The notes under the pieces are model-generated. The model was not told the DNA's origin, did not search any database, and worked only from the letters and a program-made list of their open reading frames with translations. DNA of 49,578 nt, from the sequence record SRR20825019_2740; one strand, 5' to 3'. Position 1 is the first letter of the stretch. Each line of letters opens with the position of its first letter. Position numbers and translations under genes: made by a program. Below, in pieces: positions 9,181 through 18,428 of the stretch.

Positions 9181-9825
9181 ATGCTGGAAACTGTTGTTCG
9201 TTTTTTTCAGGAAGGTGGTCCCTTCATGTACCCGATTGCCATTGTGCTGGCCATCGGCCTGGCGATTACCGTTGAACGTTTCATCTATCTCGCTTCGGTG
9301 CGCCGCCGGAACCGGCTTGCCTTTGAAAAGGGCATACTGCCGCTGCTGAGGAAACGGGATTACCAGCGGGCGATGAAAGCCGCGACAGGCTCTGACAGTG
9401 CCATCGCGTCGATCATGAGCGCTGGCATTGGTCGGCTACTGAATAATCACTCCCGCGAAGATGTTGAGTACGCTATGGAAGAGGGGTTGATGGAAGTCTT
9501 GCCCCGTCTTGAGAAACGTACCCAATACCTGGCAACCCTGGCCAACATCGCGACACTCCTGGGCTTGTTGGGCACGATCATCGGCCTTATCGCCGCGTTT
9601 ACGGCAGTGGCCGCTGCAGATCCGTCCCAGAAGGCGTCGCTGTTGTCGGAAAGTATCTCCGTTGCCATGAATACCACGGCGTTCGGGCTGATGTCGGCCA
9701 TTCCCCTGTTGATGTTTCATGCACTGCTTCAGACCCGTACCAATGAAATCGTCGACAGTTTCGAGATGGCCGGGGTGAAGCTGCTGAACATTATCTCCGA
9801 GCAGCCCGCCCCCCAATCCGCCTGA
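9181..9825 (+). CDS. MotA/TolQ/ExbB proton-channel subunit (AglR-like)
   Basis: Three TM segments; motifs LLGLLGTIIGLI and ISVAMNTTAFGL. Confidence 0.92.
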   Translation: MLETVVRFFQEGGPFMYPIAIVLAIGLAITVERFIYLASVRRRNRLAFEKGILPLLRKRDYQRAMKAATGSDSAIASIMSAGIGRLLNNHSREDVEYAMEEGLMEVLPRLEKRTQYLATLANIATLLGLLGTIIGLIAAFTAVAAADPSQKASLLSESISVAMNTTAFGLMSAIPLLMFHALLQTRTNEIVDSFEMAGVKLLNIISEQPAPQSA

Positions 9826-9840
9826 GCCAGGGTTTGCCGC

Positions 9841-10356
9841 ATGAGACGAAAACATCGCAGGCTTGTCAGTAATCCGGAACTGGATATCACGCCATTCCTG
9901 AATCTGATGATCGTGTTAGTCCCGGTATTGCTGCTGGGCATGGTCTTTAGCCAGATTCGTATGATTGAGCTCGACTTTCCCGGGATGGAGTCGGGTGAGT
10001 CGCCACAGGCTGACGAACTGCGGCTGGTGGTGGCGTTGATACCCCAGGGCCTGGAAGTGCTGGACAGTGAGAGAGGCGTGATCCGGACCCTGCCGTTGAT
10101 TGAGGGGGAACAGGACTTCGACGGCCTGAGGGAAACTCTCAAGCAGATCAAGAAGCGGGTGCCGGAGAAGACTGACATCGTTCTGGAGGTCAGCCCGGAC
10201 ATCGACTATCAGACTCTGGTGACTGCGATGGATACGCTCCGCTCCTATCCGGCAGTTGTTGCGGCCAGTGTGGTGAAGGGAGAGCTTTTCCCGGATGTGG
10301 CACTGGCAGACGCACCTGAAAACCGGACGTTATCGGTCGAAGGGGAGGGTGCATGA
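9841..10356 (+). CDS. ExbD/TolR family subunit 1 (AglQ-like); Asn at the canonical Asp position
   Basis: ELDITPFLNLMIVLVPVLL TM segment; periplasmic domain ending DIDYQTLVTAMD. Confidence 0.85.
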   Translation: MRRKHRRLVSNPELDITPFLNLMIVLVPVLLLGMVFSQIRMIELDFPGMESGESPQADELRLVVALIPQGLEVLDSERGVIRTLPLIEGEQDFDGLRETLKQIKKRVPEKTDIVLEVSPDIDYQTLVTAMDTLRSYPAVVAASVVKGELFPDVALADAPENRTLSVEGEGA

Positions 10357-10847
10357 AGACCTCCCGCCGTGCCCGTCGTATCCAGCGCCACTACAGCCGT
10401 ATGCACCGCCCGGGAGGCCTGAATCTGGTGTCCCTGATGGACATCTTCACGATCCTGGTGTTCTTCCTGATGGTGAACTCGTCCGATGTAAAGGTTATGC
10501 AGAACACGGCCGATGTCCCACTGCCGCAATCGACCGCGGACAAGGAGGCGGTCGAAACCCTGATGGTCCAGGTAATCGGCCGGTCCATTCTCGTGCAGGG
10601 CCGGGAAGTTGCACGGTTGGATGGCATTGAAACCGGGGACAGCACCATCGGTGGGCTGGCGGATGAGCTTGCCTGGGTGCGTAACCGGAGGGGCCAGGTG
10701 CCGGAGCAGGGTCATGAGGTGACCATCATGGCAGGGCGCGCCACCGACTACCGGTTATTGAGAAAGATCATGCAAACCTGCATCGATGAAGACTTCCGGC
10801 AGGTCCGGCTGGCCGTTGAGTCGGCGAAGGAGGTCGGCAATGGCTGA
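10353..10847 (+). CDS. ExbD/TolR family subunit 2 (AglS-like)
   Basis: LNLVSLMDIFTILVFFL (Asp retained), LPQS, TDYRLLRKIMQT; ATGA overlap with the upstream gene. Confidence 0.88.
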   Translation: MKTSRRARRIQRHYSRMHRPGGLNLVSLMDIFTILVFFLMVNSSDVKVMQNTADVPLPQSTADKEAVETLMVQVIGRSILVQGREVARLDGIETGDSTIGGLADELAWVRNRRGQVPEQGHEVTIMAGRATDYRLLRKIMQTCIDEDFRQVRLAVESAKEVGNG

Positions 10848-11871
10848 GCGTCAGGACCTTTCTCTCAAAAAGGTGTCTCCCAACAATTTCGCGACCAAAC
10901 ACCTTTCATCCGGATTGCCATGGGGCGCGGAAAAGGGAGAAAACCGCCGTTTTGTGCTGGCATTGTTGGTGATGGTGGCGGTCTTTCTGCCTCCTGCGCT
11001 GCATATTCCGGCGTTTCAGCTTCCGGAACCCGACCGCAGCGAGGCGGAGAAGATTCCGCCCCAGTTGGCGCGACTGGTAGAGCAACGCGAGGCGCCAAAG
11101 CCGATTCCAGTGCCTGAGGTTGAACCTGAACCTGAACCCGAGCCGGCTCCGGAATCTGAGCCCGAGCCCGAACCTGAAAGTACAGAACCCAAAGCGGTGG
11201 AGCCGGAATTGGCTGAAGAGGTGCCCCCACCCGAGCCTGTGCGCCCGACACCCGCTCCTTCCCAAACGGTCGAGCAGGCGCGTGAAACCGCCTCCAGGTC
11301 GGGTCTGATGGCAATGCAGGACCAACTTGCCAGTATGCGGGCTCCAGAGCCGGACGCCGTGGACACCCTGGCGGCCAACGTCGATGCCGAGACCGCAAGC
11401 GGCGATGGAGATCTGTTCGGTGCCGAAACTGACCCCGGCAGGGCGCTTGCTGGCAGCGGCGGCGTCACTCGGGAAGCCGCGCCAGAAACTGAGGTGGCAG
11501 TGGCTGGCCATCAGGTTCGAAACGTGGAGGTGGCGCAGGAAGCAGTACCAGAAGCTGCGCCGGAGCCCACCGGCGGACCGGGGCAGCGGGGCATGAGCAA
11601 CATCCGCCAGGTGTTCGACGCCCAGAAAACGTCACTCTACTCCCTCTACCGACGCGAGCTGCGTCAGGACCCGACGCTGGAAGGTAAGGTTATGCTGGAA
11701 TTGGTGATCGAACCGGATGGGTCAGTATCGCGTTGCGAGGTGGTGAGCTCCGAGCTGGGCAATCAAAGCCTGGAGCAACGCATTGCCATGCGCGTGCGCC
11801 TGTTCAATTTTGGCCAGGACGATGTGGAACCCAGGACGGTGCGATTCCCCATCGATTTCCTGCCGGGTTAA
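10840..11871 (+). CDS. TonB/TolA-like energy transducer with AgmX/PglI-type C-terminal domain (GltG-like)
   Basis: Single TM, Pro/Glu-rich linker (EPEPEPEP), C-terminal LYRRELRQDPTLEGKVMLELVIEPDGSV...FPIDF; AAGGAGG RBS. Confidence 0.82.
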   Translation: MAERQDLSLKKVSPNNFATKHLSSGLPWGAEKGENRRFVLALLVMVAVFLPPALHIPAFQLPEPDRSEAEKIPPQLARLVEQREAPKPIPVPEVEPEPEPEPAPESEPEPEPESTEPKAVEPELAEEVPPPEPVRPTPAPSQTVEQARETASRSGLMAMQDQLASMRAPEPDAVDTLAANVDAETASGDGDLFGAETDPGRALAGSGGVTREAAPETEVAVAGHQVRNVEVAQEAVPEAAPEPTGGPGQRGMSNIRQVFDAQKTSLYSLYRRELRQDPTLEGKVMLELVIEPDGSVSRCEVVSSELGNQSLEQRIAMRVRLFNFGQDDVEPRTVRFPIDFLPG

Positions 11872-11889
11872 TTCAGTGGCCCGTATACG

Positions 11890-12375
11890 CTAGTGCGCTA
11901 TGGTAATTTTTGGTAGCTGTGGCTTGCTCAGGGACATCTTTTGGGTAGGAGCGATCACTTTCGCCTCACCGGTCACCACCCGCTCATCGTTCTGGTTGCG
12001 GACATCGCAGGATAGGGTTACGCGGTTTTTGCGTTCCTTGGCCAGTACTGTCAATGTCACCGTCAGGGTGTCGTCCAGCTTTACCGGGCGCTTGAACGCC
12101 AGGCTCTGTTCCAGGTATATGGTGCCGGGGCCCGGCATCACGGTGGCCAGGGCCGCGGAAATCAGTGAGCCGCTCCACATGCCATGGGCAATCCGTTCCT
12201 GGAACATGGAGTCGGCGGCAAACTCCGAATCCAGGTGGACCGGGTTCACATCTCCGGAGACAGCAGCGAACAACACCAGTTCGTCCTCGGTCAGTGTTTT
12301 CACATAGGTTGCGGAGTCGCCTTCCTGGAGTTCGTCGTAGGTGATGTTCTCAAGCGTGTCCAAAGTGTCGCTCAT
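11890..12375 (-). CDS. MaoC/PhaJ-type (R)-specific enoyl-CoA hydratase
   Basis: Hydratase motif SGDVNPVHLD...IAHGM and GPGTIYLEQSLAFKRPV. Confidence 0.88.
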   Translation of the reverse strand: MSDTLDTLENITYDELQEGDSATYVKTLTEDELVLFAAVSGDVNPVHLDSEFAADSMFQERIAHGMWSGSLISAALATVMPGPGTIYLEQSLAFKRPVKLDDTLTVTLTVLAKERKNRVTLSCDVRNQNDERVVTGEAKVIAPTQKMSLSKPQLPKITIAH

Positions 12376-12568
12376 GATGGGCTCCAGTGTTGGTGTGATT
12401 AGGTTGGTGGCTACAACCGCTACAGTTCTGCTTTGAAAACTACCTCATCGTTCACAAAACTGCTATTCTCTCCCGACTTTTCGAGGCTGATACTTTTGTC
12501 TGGTTGATTTTTTGACCAAAACGACATTGGTAAACATTATAAGCACAAATGCCAAACAGGAGATGGTG

Positions 12569-14245
12569 ATGGATTTTGAGCAGTTCTATCAGGACAAATA
12601 CCCCGCTGGCGTGTCCCTGAACGTAGACCTGGATAAATACAGTAGCATGGTTGACGTATTTGATCAGGCCGTGAACAAGTACGCTGACCGCCCCGCGTTC
12701 AGCGCCGTTGGCGCCACGCTCACCTATCGCGACCTGGACACCCAGAGCCGGAATTTTGCCGCCTGGCTGCAGAACAAGACCGACCTCAAGCCGGGCGACC
12801 GGATTGCGGTGCAAATGCCCAACGTGTCCCAGTACCCTGTCGTAGTGTTTGGGGCCATGCGCGCGGGCCTGATCGTGGTGAATACCAACCCGCTGTACAC
12901 CACTCGCGAAATGGAACACCAGTTCAATGATTCCGGTGCCAAGGCGCTTGTAGTGCTGGCGAACATGGCCCATAACGCAGAGAAAGTGCTTCCTCATACC
13001 GGCATCGAGCATGTCATTGTGACCGAAATTGCCGACATGCATTCGCCGCTGAAGCGTACGCTGATGAACGCCGCCGTGAAGCACCTGAAGAAAATGGTGC
13101 CGGCATTCAGCCTGCCCCAGGCTCACAAACTCCCGGCGGTGCTCAGTGCAGGGGCCAGGGAAAAATTCTCCCCGGTGGAGTGCAAGAAAGACGACATCGC
13201 CGTTCTGCAGTACACCGGTGGCACCACCGGTGTGGCCAAGGGCGCGATGCTGACCCACGGCAATCTGGTCGCCAACCTCCTGCAGGCTCGGCCGATGATG
13301 GAAGATTCGGTGGAGGAAGGCACGGAAGTGGTTATTGCTCCGCTGCCGCTTTACCACATCTACTCGTTCACCCTGAACTGCGGCATCATGCTTGAAGCTG
13401 GCGCCCACAACGTTCTTATCCCGAACCCCCGTGACATCCCCGGATTTGTGAAAGAGCTCAAAAACCATCGTTTCACCGCATTCCTGGGGCTGAACACGCT
13501 GTTCGTGGCGCTGTGCAACAACGAAGAATTCAAGGCCCTGGATTTCAGTGCCCTGAAACTGACGTCGTCCGGCGGCATGGCGCTGACCAGCGACACCGCG
13601 AAGATGTGGCAGCGTGTTACAGGGTGTGAAATCAGTGAAGGTTACGGCATGACTGAAACCTCTCCGGTTGTCACCTTCAATCCGAACAGCGCGATCCAGC
13701 TTGGCACCATTGGCCTGCCGATTCCCGGCACCGAAATCAAAACCATCGACGACGACGGCAACGAAACGCCTCTTGGCGAGCCCGGCGAATTGTGTGTGAA
13801 GGGGCCACAGGTGATGCGCGGATACTGGCAGCGTCCGGAAGACACCCAGAAGTCTTTCACTGACGACGGTTTCCTGCAGACGGGTGACATTGCCCTTATC
13901 CAGGAAGATGGCTACATCCGCATCGTCGACCGCAAGAAGGACATGATTATCGTGTCTGGCTTCAATGTCTTCCCCAATGAGATTGAAGACGTGGTCAGTG
14001 GTCATCCGAAAGTGGTTGAGTGTGCCGCTGTCGGTGTTCCCGATGACAAGAGTGGAGAGGCGGTTAAGGTCTACCTGGTGGCAACCGCGGAAGGTGTTAC
14101 TGAAAATGAACTGAAAGAGTTCTGCCGCGAACGCCTGACCGCTTACAAGGTCCCCAAATCCTTCGTGTTCCGCGATGAACTGCCGAAGACCAACGTAGGC
14201 AAGATCCTGCGGCGCGAGCTGCGTGACGAAGCCAACAGCAAGTAA
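12569..14245 (+). CDS. fadD: Long-chain fatty acid--CoA ligase
   Basis: AMP-binding motif LQYTGGTTGVAKGA, EGYGMTETSP, TGDIA...RIVDRKKDMI, KTNVGKILRR; AGGAG RBS at 12558-12562. Confidence 0.93.
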   Translation: MDFEQFYQDKYPAGVSLNVDLDKYSSMVDVFDQAVNKYADRPAFSAVGATLTYRDLDTQSRNFAAWLQNKTDLKPGDRIAVQMPNVSQYPVVVFGAMRAGLIVVNTNPLYTTREMEHQFNDSGAKALVVLANMAHNAEKVLPHTGIEHVIVTEIADMHSPLKRTLMNAAVKHLKKMVPAFSLPQAHKLPAVLSAGAREKFSPVECKKDDIAVLQYTGGTTGVAKGAMLTHGNLVANLLQARPMMEDSVEEGTEVVIAPLPLYHIYSFTLNCGIMLEAGAHNVLIPNPRDIPGFVKELKNHRFTAFLGLNTLFVALCNNEEFKALDFSALKLTSSGGMALTSDTAKMWQRVTGCEISEGYGMTETSPVVTFNPNSAIQLGTIGLPIPGTEIKTIDDDGNETPLGEPGELCVKGPQVMRGYWQRPEDTQKSFTDDGFLQTGDIALIQEDGYIRIVDRKKDMIIVSGFNVFPNEIEDVVSGHPKVVECAAVGVPDDKSGEAVKVYLVATAEGVTENELKEFCRERLTAYKVPKSFVFRDELPKTNVGKILRRELRDEANSK

Positions 14246-14288
14246 CCGGTTCGTGCGGGCGGTTTAATCGCCCCGAACGGATGATGTG

Positions 14289-14312
14289 AACCCCGCCTCG
14301 GCGGGGTTTTTC
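14289..14312 (+). terminator. Rho-independent terminator after fadD
   Basis: AACCCCGC-CTCG-GCGGGGTT followed by TTT. Confidence 0.75.
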
Positions 14313-14400
14313 CGTTTAATGAGGCGCGGGATATCGTTAGACTGTCGCCACGCCCGAAGCGAACCGGGTATCCAAGATCCAACAACGGTAAAACGGACCG

Positions 14401-17400
14401 ATGACGCAAGCCCCCCCGGAACAGTCCACGAATACGCCAGACAGCAAGGCCGCCGTAAAAGCCATCATGGAGCAGTTGGATGCCTGCAACCAGTTGGAAG
14501 CCGCCCGTATTCACAAGTTGGTCGCCCGGAAAAAAGGGCGTCCGGGGCAAAAGGACCTGGAGAAGATGGCGCAATGGCTCGATCGGGGTCAGGCGCGTGT
14601 CACGGAACGCCAGGCATTGCATAAGCCGGCCACCTTTCCGTCATCGCTGCCAGTGTCTGAACGGGTCGATGATATCCGTGAGGCCATTGAACAGAACCAG
14701 GTGGTGATTATTGCCGGCGAAACCGGTTCCGGTAAGACCACCCAGATCCCCAAGATCTGCATGAACAGCGGTCGGGGTATTCGCGGGCTGATCGGCCACA
14801 CCCAACCCCGCCGGATTGCCGCCCGTACCGTAGCCGGTCGTATTGCTGAAGAGCTTGGAGAGCAGACTGGCGGGCAGGTGGGGTATCAGGTACGTTTTAC
14901 CGACACCACGTCCGACCAGTCGCGGGTCAAAGTCATGACCGATGGCATCCTGCTGTCGGAGGTCCAGCACGACCGGTTCCTGGATCGTTACGATACCCTG
15001 ATTATTGATGAGGCCCACGAACGCAGCCTTAATATCGACTTTCTGATGGGCTACCTGCGGCAACTGTTGCCGAAACGGCCTGATCTGAAGGTCATCATCA
15101 CCTCCGCCACCATCGAAGTGGAACGCTTTAGCGAGTTCTTTAGTGGCGCGCCGGTCATCGAAGTCAGCGGGCGAACCTATCCGGTAGATGTGCGTTACCG
15201 TCCTCTCACCGGCGATGAGGACGATCGGGACCAGGGTTGGACGGATGGCGTGCTGCGTGCGATGGAGGAAATCGAACAGCACGAACGTGCAGAAAAGCAG
15301 CCACCGGGCGACGTACTCGTATTCCTGCCCGGCGAGCGGGAAATTCGCAGCCTCAGCAAGGTACTGCGACACGCCGAGCTGCGCCATACCGAAGTTCTAC
15401 CATTATATTCTCGGCTCAGTAACCAGGAACAGAACCGGATATTCCAGGGCCACCGGGGGCGTCGGATCGTGCTCTCCACCAACGTCGCGGAGACCTCCCT
15501 GACCGTGCCCGGCATACGCTATGTCATCGACACCGGCGTGGCCCGTATCAGCCGTTACAGCGTACGTTCCAAAATCCAGCGCCTGCCCATTGAGCCGGTG
15601 TCCCAGGCCAGCGCCAACCAGCGTGCCGGGCGCTGTGGCCGGGTTGCTCCGGGGATTTGTTTCCGGCTTTACGACGAAACCGATTTCATCAACCGGCCCG
15701 AGTACACCGACCCGGAGATCCTGCGCACCAACCTGGCCTCGGTTATTCTGCAGATGACCACCTCGGGGCTTGGGGATATCCGCCATTTCCCGTTCCTGGA
15801 GCCACCGGACCGTCGCCTGATCAACGATGGCTACAAATTGCTCGAAGAACTTGGAGCCGTTGATGACAAGCGCCGTCTGACAAACCTTGGCCGCACCATG
15901 GCACGCCTGCCGCTGGACCCAAGGCTGGCGCGCATGCTGGTGACCTCCTCGGAACAGGGCAGTCTGGCAGAAACGTTGGTGATCATTGCCGGCCTGAGCG
16001 TTCAGGACCCGAGAGAGCGCCCCCAGGACAAACAGCAGGCTGCCGATCAGGCCCACGCGCCGTTCAATGACAAGGAATCGGATTTCCTGACCTTGTTGAA
16101 TATCTGGAATTTCTACGAGGAACAGCGCCAGGAACTGTCCCAGAATCAGCTGAAAAAGGTCTGCCAGAAGAGCTTTCTGTCGTGGATGCGGATGCGGGAG
16201 TGGCGCGACATTCACCGGCAACTGACGCTGATTTGCCGTGAGCAGAAACTGAAACTGAACAGAGATGCGGCCAGTTACGAGTCTTTGCACAAAGCCATTC
16301 TTGCGGGTTTGCTGGGCCAGGTGGCGGTGAAGCTTGAAAAGAAGGAGTATCTGGCCACCCGCAACCGTAAGGTCATGATCTTCCCGGGCTCAAAAGTGTC
16401 GAAAACCGGCCCGAAGTGGATTGTGGCGGCGGAAATTGTCGAAACCAGCCGCGTGTTTGCGCGGGTGGTAGCGAAGATTGAGCCGGAGTGGATCGAGCCC
16501 CTGGCCGGGCATGTGGTGAAGCATCACTTCTTCGAACCCCACTGGGAACAGAAATGTGGCCAGGTCATGGGCTATGAAAAGGTCAGTCTCTACGGCCTGG
16601 ACATTATTGCCAAGCGCCGAATTCCCTACAGCAAGGTGGACCCGGAGGAGTGTCGCAACCTGTTCATCCGCCGTGCCCTGGTGGAAGGCGACTACCAGTC
16701 CAAAGCGCCTTTTATTGCCCGTAACCGGGAACTGTTGGACACCGTTGAAAACCTGGAGCGCAAAACGCGGCGGCGGGACCTGTTGGTTGAGGACGAAGTG
16801 CTGGTGGCGTTTTATGACCAGCGGCTGCCAGCGGACATTGTTAGCGGCCGGCATTTCGAAAGCTGGTGGAAGCAGCTGAGTGCTGACCAGCTCCGTGACA
16901 TGGAATTGACGGAGGCCGATATCCTCCAGCGCCCGGTGGATGAGCAGGCGGGCTCACTGTATCCGGACTACCTGGAGTGGGAAGGGGTGAGATATCCCCT
17001 GAGTTATGAGTTCGAACCCACCAGTGAGCGCGATGGCGTTACGCTCCAGGCACCGGTGATGGCCCTGAAACAGCTTCCGGCGCGGCGACTTGAATGGCTT
17101 GTGCCGGGGCTCTTGAGGGAGAAGTGCATCGCACTGGTCAAAGGCCTTCCGAAGGCGTTGAGGCGCAACTTTGTACCGGTACCGGATTTCGTGGATGCGG
17201 CTCTGGAAAACCTTCAGGCTTCAAACGAGCCATTGGCGCTGCAGCTGGGCGAACAGCTCCGGCGAATGACGGGTGTCAGGATTGACGCCGATGCCTGGCC
17301 ACAGGAGGATCTGCCGAAGCACCTGAGAATGAATCTTCGGGTTGTTGATGATGCGGGCAAGCCCATCGCCGAGGGGCGGGAAACCGAAAAGCTGCAAAGC

Positions 17401-18327
17401 GAACTGGAAGGGCGGGCAGAAGCTGCGTTGTCTTCGGCAACCCGCAGGGAGCCCTCGACCGAGGCTGCGAGTGCGTCAACGCGATGGGATTTCGGGTCGC
17501 TGCCCGAATCTGTCAGGACCGAAAAAGGCGGTATGGAAGTCACCGTATACCCGGCATTGGAGGACAAGGGGGATTCCGTTCGCCAGACACGGTTCCTGGA
17601 CCGGCTTACGGCGGAGGATGCAACTCGCAAGGCGGTGGCGCGACTGATATTGGTTCGGCTGGGCAATACGCTGGAGGACATCGAGCGGCGGCTGCCGAAC
17701 TTCAAGTCATCGGCGTTGATGTTCGCGCCGGTGGGCAAAGCCCGGGTGTTGCTGGATGACCTGCTGCTGGCCACGGCGATGCAGCATTTTGTGCCCGATG
17801 ACGTACCCCGGGACAACAACGCGTTCGAGAACGCGTTTAACGCCGGGAGGGCGGAATTCGTACCAGCACTTGAGCAGGCTGACGAGCGGCTGCACCAGGC
17901 CATGACGGGCTATCATGGCGTGATGAAACAGCTCAAGGGCAAAATCAACCTCGCGCTCGCGAACAGTATGGCGGACTTGAAGTTTCAGCTGCAAAATCTT
18001 GTGTATCCGGGTTTTATTGTTGCCACGCCGCCGGAATGGCTTGCCCATTTTGGACGCTACTTTGAGGCTGCCAGCATCCGCTTCGAGAAAATGCCCAGGG
18101 AGCTCGGGCGGGAGCGGGAGTTCCTGCACACCATGGAGCCGCTCTGGTCCCGCTATGCCAGCAAACGCGATGAGCAGCAACGTCAGGGGGTAAGGGACCC
18201 GGAGCTATTGCTCTATCGATGGATGCTTGAGGAATTTCGGGTCTCTTTCTTTGCACAACAGCTGGGCACGGCCGTGCCGGTATCGGTCAAGCGCCTCGAC
18301 AGGCAGTGGGAGCAGACGCGCGTGTAA
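14401..18327 (+). CDS. hrpA: ATP-dependent DEAH RNA helicase HrpA
   Basis: GETGSGKTT, DEAHERS, SAT, STNVAETSLT, QRAGRCGR; C-terminal WMLEEFRVSFFAQQLGT; 1308 aa. Confidence 0.96.
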   Translation: MTQAPPEQSTNTPDSKAAVKAIMEQLDACNQLEAARIHKLVARKKGRPGQKDLEKMAQWLDRGQARVTERQALHKPATFPSSLPVSERVDDIREAIEQNQVVIIAGETGSGKTTQIPKICMNSGRGIRGLIGHTQPRRIAARTVAGRIAEELGEQTGGQVGYQVRFTDTTSDQSRVKVMTDGILLSEVQHDRFLDRYDTLIIDEAHERSLNIDFLMGYLRQLLPKRPDLKVIITSATIEVERFSEFFSGAPVIEVSGRTYPVDVRYRPLTGDEDDRDQGWTDGVLRAMEEIEQHERAEKQPPGDVLVFLPGEREIRSLSKVLRHAELRHTEVLPLYSRLSNQEQNRIFQGHRGRRIVLSTNVAETSLTVPGIRYVIDTGVARISRYSVRSKIQRLPIEPVSQASANQRAGRCGRVAPGICFRLYDETDFINRPEYTDPEILRTNLASVILQMTTSGLGDIRHFPFLEPPDRRLINDGYKLLEELGAVDDKRRLTNLGRTMARLPLDPRLARMLVTSSEQGSLAETLVIIAGLSVQDPRERPQDKQQAADQAHAPFNDKESDFLTLLNIWNFYEEQRQELSQNQLKKVCQKSFLSWMRMREWRDIHRQLTLICREQKLKLNRDAASYESLHKAILAGLLGQVAVKLEKKEYLATRNRKVMIFPGSKVSKTGPKWIVAAEIVETSRVFARVVAKIEPEWIEPLAGHVVKHHFFEPHWEQKCGQVMGYEKVSLYGLDIIAKRRIPYSKVDPEECRNLFIRRALVEGDYQSKAPFIARNRELLDTVENLERKTRRRDLLVEDEVLVAFYDQRLPADIVSGRHFESWWKQLSADQLRDMELTEADILQRPVDEQAGSLYPDYLEWEGVRYPLSYEFEPTSERDGVTLQAPVMALKQLPARRLEWLVPGLLREKCIALVKGLPKALRRNFVPVPDFVDAALENLQASNEPLALQLGEQLRRMTGVRIDADAWPQEDLPKHLRMNLRVVDDAGKPIAEGRETEKLQSELEGRAEAALSSATRREPSTEAASASTRWDFGSLPESVRTEKGGMEVTVYPALEDKGDSVRQTRFLDRLTAEDATRKAVARLILVRLGNTLEDIERRLPNFKSSALMFAPVGKARVLLDDLLLATAMQHFVPDDVPRDNNAFENAFNAGRAEFVPALEQADERLHQAMTGYHGVMKQLKGKINLALANSMADLKFQLQNLVYPGFIVATPPEWLAHFGRYFEAASIRFEKMPRELGREREFLHTMEPLWSRYASKRDEQQRQGVRDPELLLYRWMLEEFRVSFFAQQLGTAVPVSVKRLDRQWEQTRV

Positions 18328-18428
18328 GCCGGTCACGTTTGCGGGCAAAACGTTTAGACTGTGTTAGTATTTGGTCAATATTGGTGCAGTTAGATTGTTT
18401 GTTTTTACAACTATGACGTGGGGTTAGC

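Noticed and set aside
11100-11180. GAACCT/GAGCCC hexamer repeats (also about 620-680)
   Set aside because: They encode EPEPEP linkers; not a CRISPR array or independent repeat.
12501-12518. TGGTTGA-N4-TTGACCA imperfect palindrome upstream of fadD
   Set aside because: Two mismatches in seven and spacing unlike the FadR box; could be an operator but cannot be supported.
12452-14005. 517-aa minus-strand ORF
   Set aside because: Antisense shadow of fadD with no recognisable motifs; long antisense ORFs are common opposite GC-rich acyl-CoA ligase genes.
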